From assembly GCF_947568905.1 (NCBI RefSeq), contig NC_079172.1, positions 36,704,001 through 36,768,000 of the forward strand: a DNA stretch of 64,000 nt, in the 5' to 3' direction. The notes beneath the pieces are model-generated. The model did no database searches, was not told where the DNA came from, and saw only the letters and a list, made by a program, of their open reading frames with translations. Positions 61,698 to 64,000 of the stretch are shown here, in pieces. Numbering within the stretch: the stretch's first letter is position 1; the number at the start of each line of letters is the position of its first letter. The position numbers and the translations under genes are program-made. The stretch is from Ostrea edulis. Taxonomy: Eukaryota.

Positions 61698-64000
61698 TGA
61701 GTTATGAGATTGATCACTTTTCCTTATCTTCACCTTTTATTGATACCATCATGTATGTAAGAAAACTTGTGTGGTTTTTGAAATTTATAAACGTAGGAAA
61801 TATCGTTCAAACATGTAAATGAACATATACGATATAGAAGTTTAAAGAACATTATAGTAAACAGATTATTTGAAGGAATGCTATTAAAATAACATAAATG
61901 TAGGTGATTAGAAAATAATGTGTGATTTATATAGTGGCCCATTGAGTGAAATCGAAAGAAAGCTGCTAGATTTTTTAAGCACATAAACAAATATAAAATC
62001 TTTATCAAGATAATTTGTATGTGATTTTTAAATTGTACGTTTAGGGCCTATTTTGGGTGCTTATCACTGGCGGATCTAAAATGGATTTGGGGGAGAGCAT
62101 ACCCCTAAAATTTTAAAGGCTTCATAAAATTATGTTTCCTTTGTTAGAATACAATTTAGATTTACTTTTTTGATGGAATAGATAAATAACATATATAAAA
62201 GGAATCTCTTCACTGATTTGTTTTCTTTAAAAACAATATCATGAAATGTTAAGCTCAACGTTTATATGTCTGTTTATGTGTTGATATTGGATGTGTCGTG
62301 TTAAAATGTCGTAGTACTTAAAATAAGTTATGTTAAGATCAGCGGGTGCTCATCAAAAGATCGTCAAATGCACAATACTTACTGGTACTAGAGAACTTCA
62401 TCGACGTTGAGAGAATTTTTTATTTTCATTTTGTGACAGTACTTTTTGTCTAAAGAATTTTTATTTATTTCTGAGTACATGTATATCAATAAAAATTCAG
62501 CTGGTAACCTGCCTGCACCCGACCTTTTGTTTACAAATACGACTTATTGATGTTTTCCAAAAGTAAAATGTTATGGGTTATTCAAGTGATTGTCATATAC
62601 CTGCACTAATGTACCCCTATCTGATTTTGTTCTATTCTGACGTTTTCGGGAAAGGGCTACAAATCCACAGGATCTTCGTAATGGTTCAAAATATTTTTAC
62701 CAATAACCTGTAATAAACCCCTTGTATTTGTCTCCAATGTTATTTACACCAAAACATATTACTAACTTTGTGCTTTGGTATGTCTAATAGAGGTGTTTTT
62801 TTTAAATTGAATATCACGTACAACATGCCAAATTCTTCGTCTGCTCTTGCATGCTTGTTATCGTGAGATCTTGTAGTTGGATCAAGTGAAAGACTTAAAC
62901 ATTGACAATCATCTTTAAAATGTAGATAATTGAGTCATTACGACAAAGGAAGGGAAATGATATGGTGGCAGAACAAATATACATTCTGCTGTTCGTTTTT
63001 TTTAACTTGATATCAAATTCAAACTTTTTTTTTAATACTGACGAATCCGCTTTTCCCTCCGTACTCGTCCATTGATATAAACACTACCTTACATTGCCAT
63101 ATAGCACCCGGAAGTTGAAACTTCAGTAAATCATACATGGCGCATAAATATGAATCGCTAAATATGAATATATAGAAATTGCTGGAAACGGTAAAATAGA
63201 GCTTCGGAAATCGTAATATGCAGATTGTTAATTCAGATAATGTCAAAGTAACATACAATATAATTTTATTTACGTAAAGAAAGTCAGCTAATATGTAGAA
63301 TGATCGAAAATGTTGCAGTAGTGAATCACTACCGCATCTGCAATATTACTGATATCCTAAGGTGTTTTAACCCCCTCCCCTCCCCAATGAAAAATCTAAG
63401 GGGAGCACATCATTACAGTTACAAATTACAATGCGGGGAATTTACGATAGCTGTCACAGTCAAAATATAGATAGTATCGTTTCGGTTTTTAACCGTAAGA
63501 GTTCTAGAACTCTTAAGTAATTTCACCACAAAATTATAGTGTATTTTACTACGGAAGTTCTAAACCTAGTTGCGTAAAGCACTTTAGTGTATTTTTAGAA
63601 AAGCGACAATACTCTGCATAGCGTTCAACATAAAAACAAGTTTAACTATCGATCTTAATTATTGTGTTTTATTTTGATAATTCTAAAGGTGTAAAATCTT
63701 TTTTCATATTGTCATCTAATTTCATTTCTTTTGATTGTGTTTTATTGTTACATTCTTCTGCTCATCTTTTTAATACACCTTAGCGTAATTTGTTTTATAT
63801 AAGGCGCTATCTAAATTTTGTTATTTGCAACCGGAGTGTCCAGGACTCAATCCCTGACGGTAACACACAATACGTTTGAAATGAAATATATAGTGATTGT
63901 TTATTTGTCAATCAACTCACAAGTGATGTGAAAGTATGGCTGCTTATGAGATACCTTGCAAACCGATATCATCTATCACGGCCACTGTTGTCGCGATAAA

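Larger units (their letters stand above)
58190..64000. repeat. Segmental duplication A, copy 2 (runs off the window end)
   Basis: Colinear with 1-4430 apart from copy-specific insertions. Confidence 0.95.

Noticed and set aside
1-64000. Duplications A and B as pure haplotype mis-assembly
   Set aside because: Not favoured, because of the nested A-B-B-A order, about 80% identity at the block edges and many copy-specific insertions. It cannot be excluded without read depth and long reads.

Overview
AT-rich animal genomic DNA, about one third GC by eye. The repeat families resemble oyster (Ostreidae) repeats, which is an inference and not a database result. Almost all ORFs in the supplied track are spurious or transposon relics. 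The only host coding signal I can support is three 72-nt leucine-rich-repeat (LRR) exons on the + strand (1090-1161, 27239-27310, 59250-59321). Each is phase 2-2, AG/GTAAGT-bounded and encodes one 24-aa LRR; the predicted introns are 26 kb and 32 kb. Exons 1 and 3 lie in a duplicated exon-plus-intron cassette (1-4430 vs about 58190-64000). They share an identical 48-nt core but differ at 15 of the 24 flanking nucleotides, which encode the concave ligand-binding face. This looks like an LRR array diversifying by cassette duplication. A second large duplication (about 10.2-24.3 kb vs 31.2-48.3 kb) brackets exon 2. The introns are packed with Penelope-like 3' ends, Helentron-type HINEs, Kolobok- and hAT-like MITEs, DIRS, mariner and L1/Tx1 relics, SINE-like repeats, minisatellites and several hammerhead ribozyme motifs. 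One hammerhead starts 46 nt downstream of the exon 2 donor on the sense strand. Comparing the duplicated copies reveals filled and empty transposon sites and TACATGTA footprints. Identity values are by-eye estimates.
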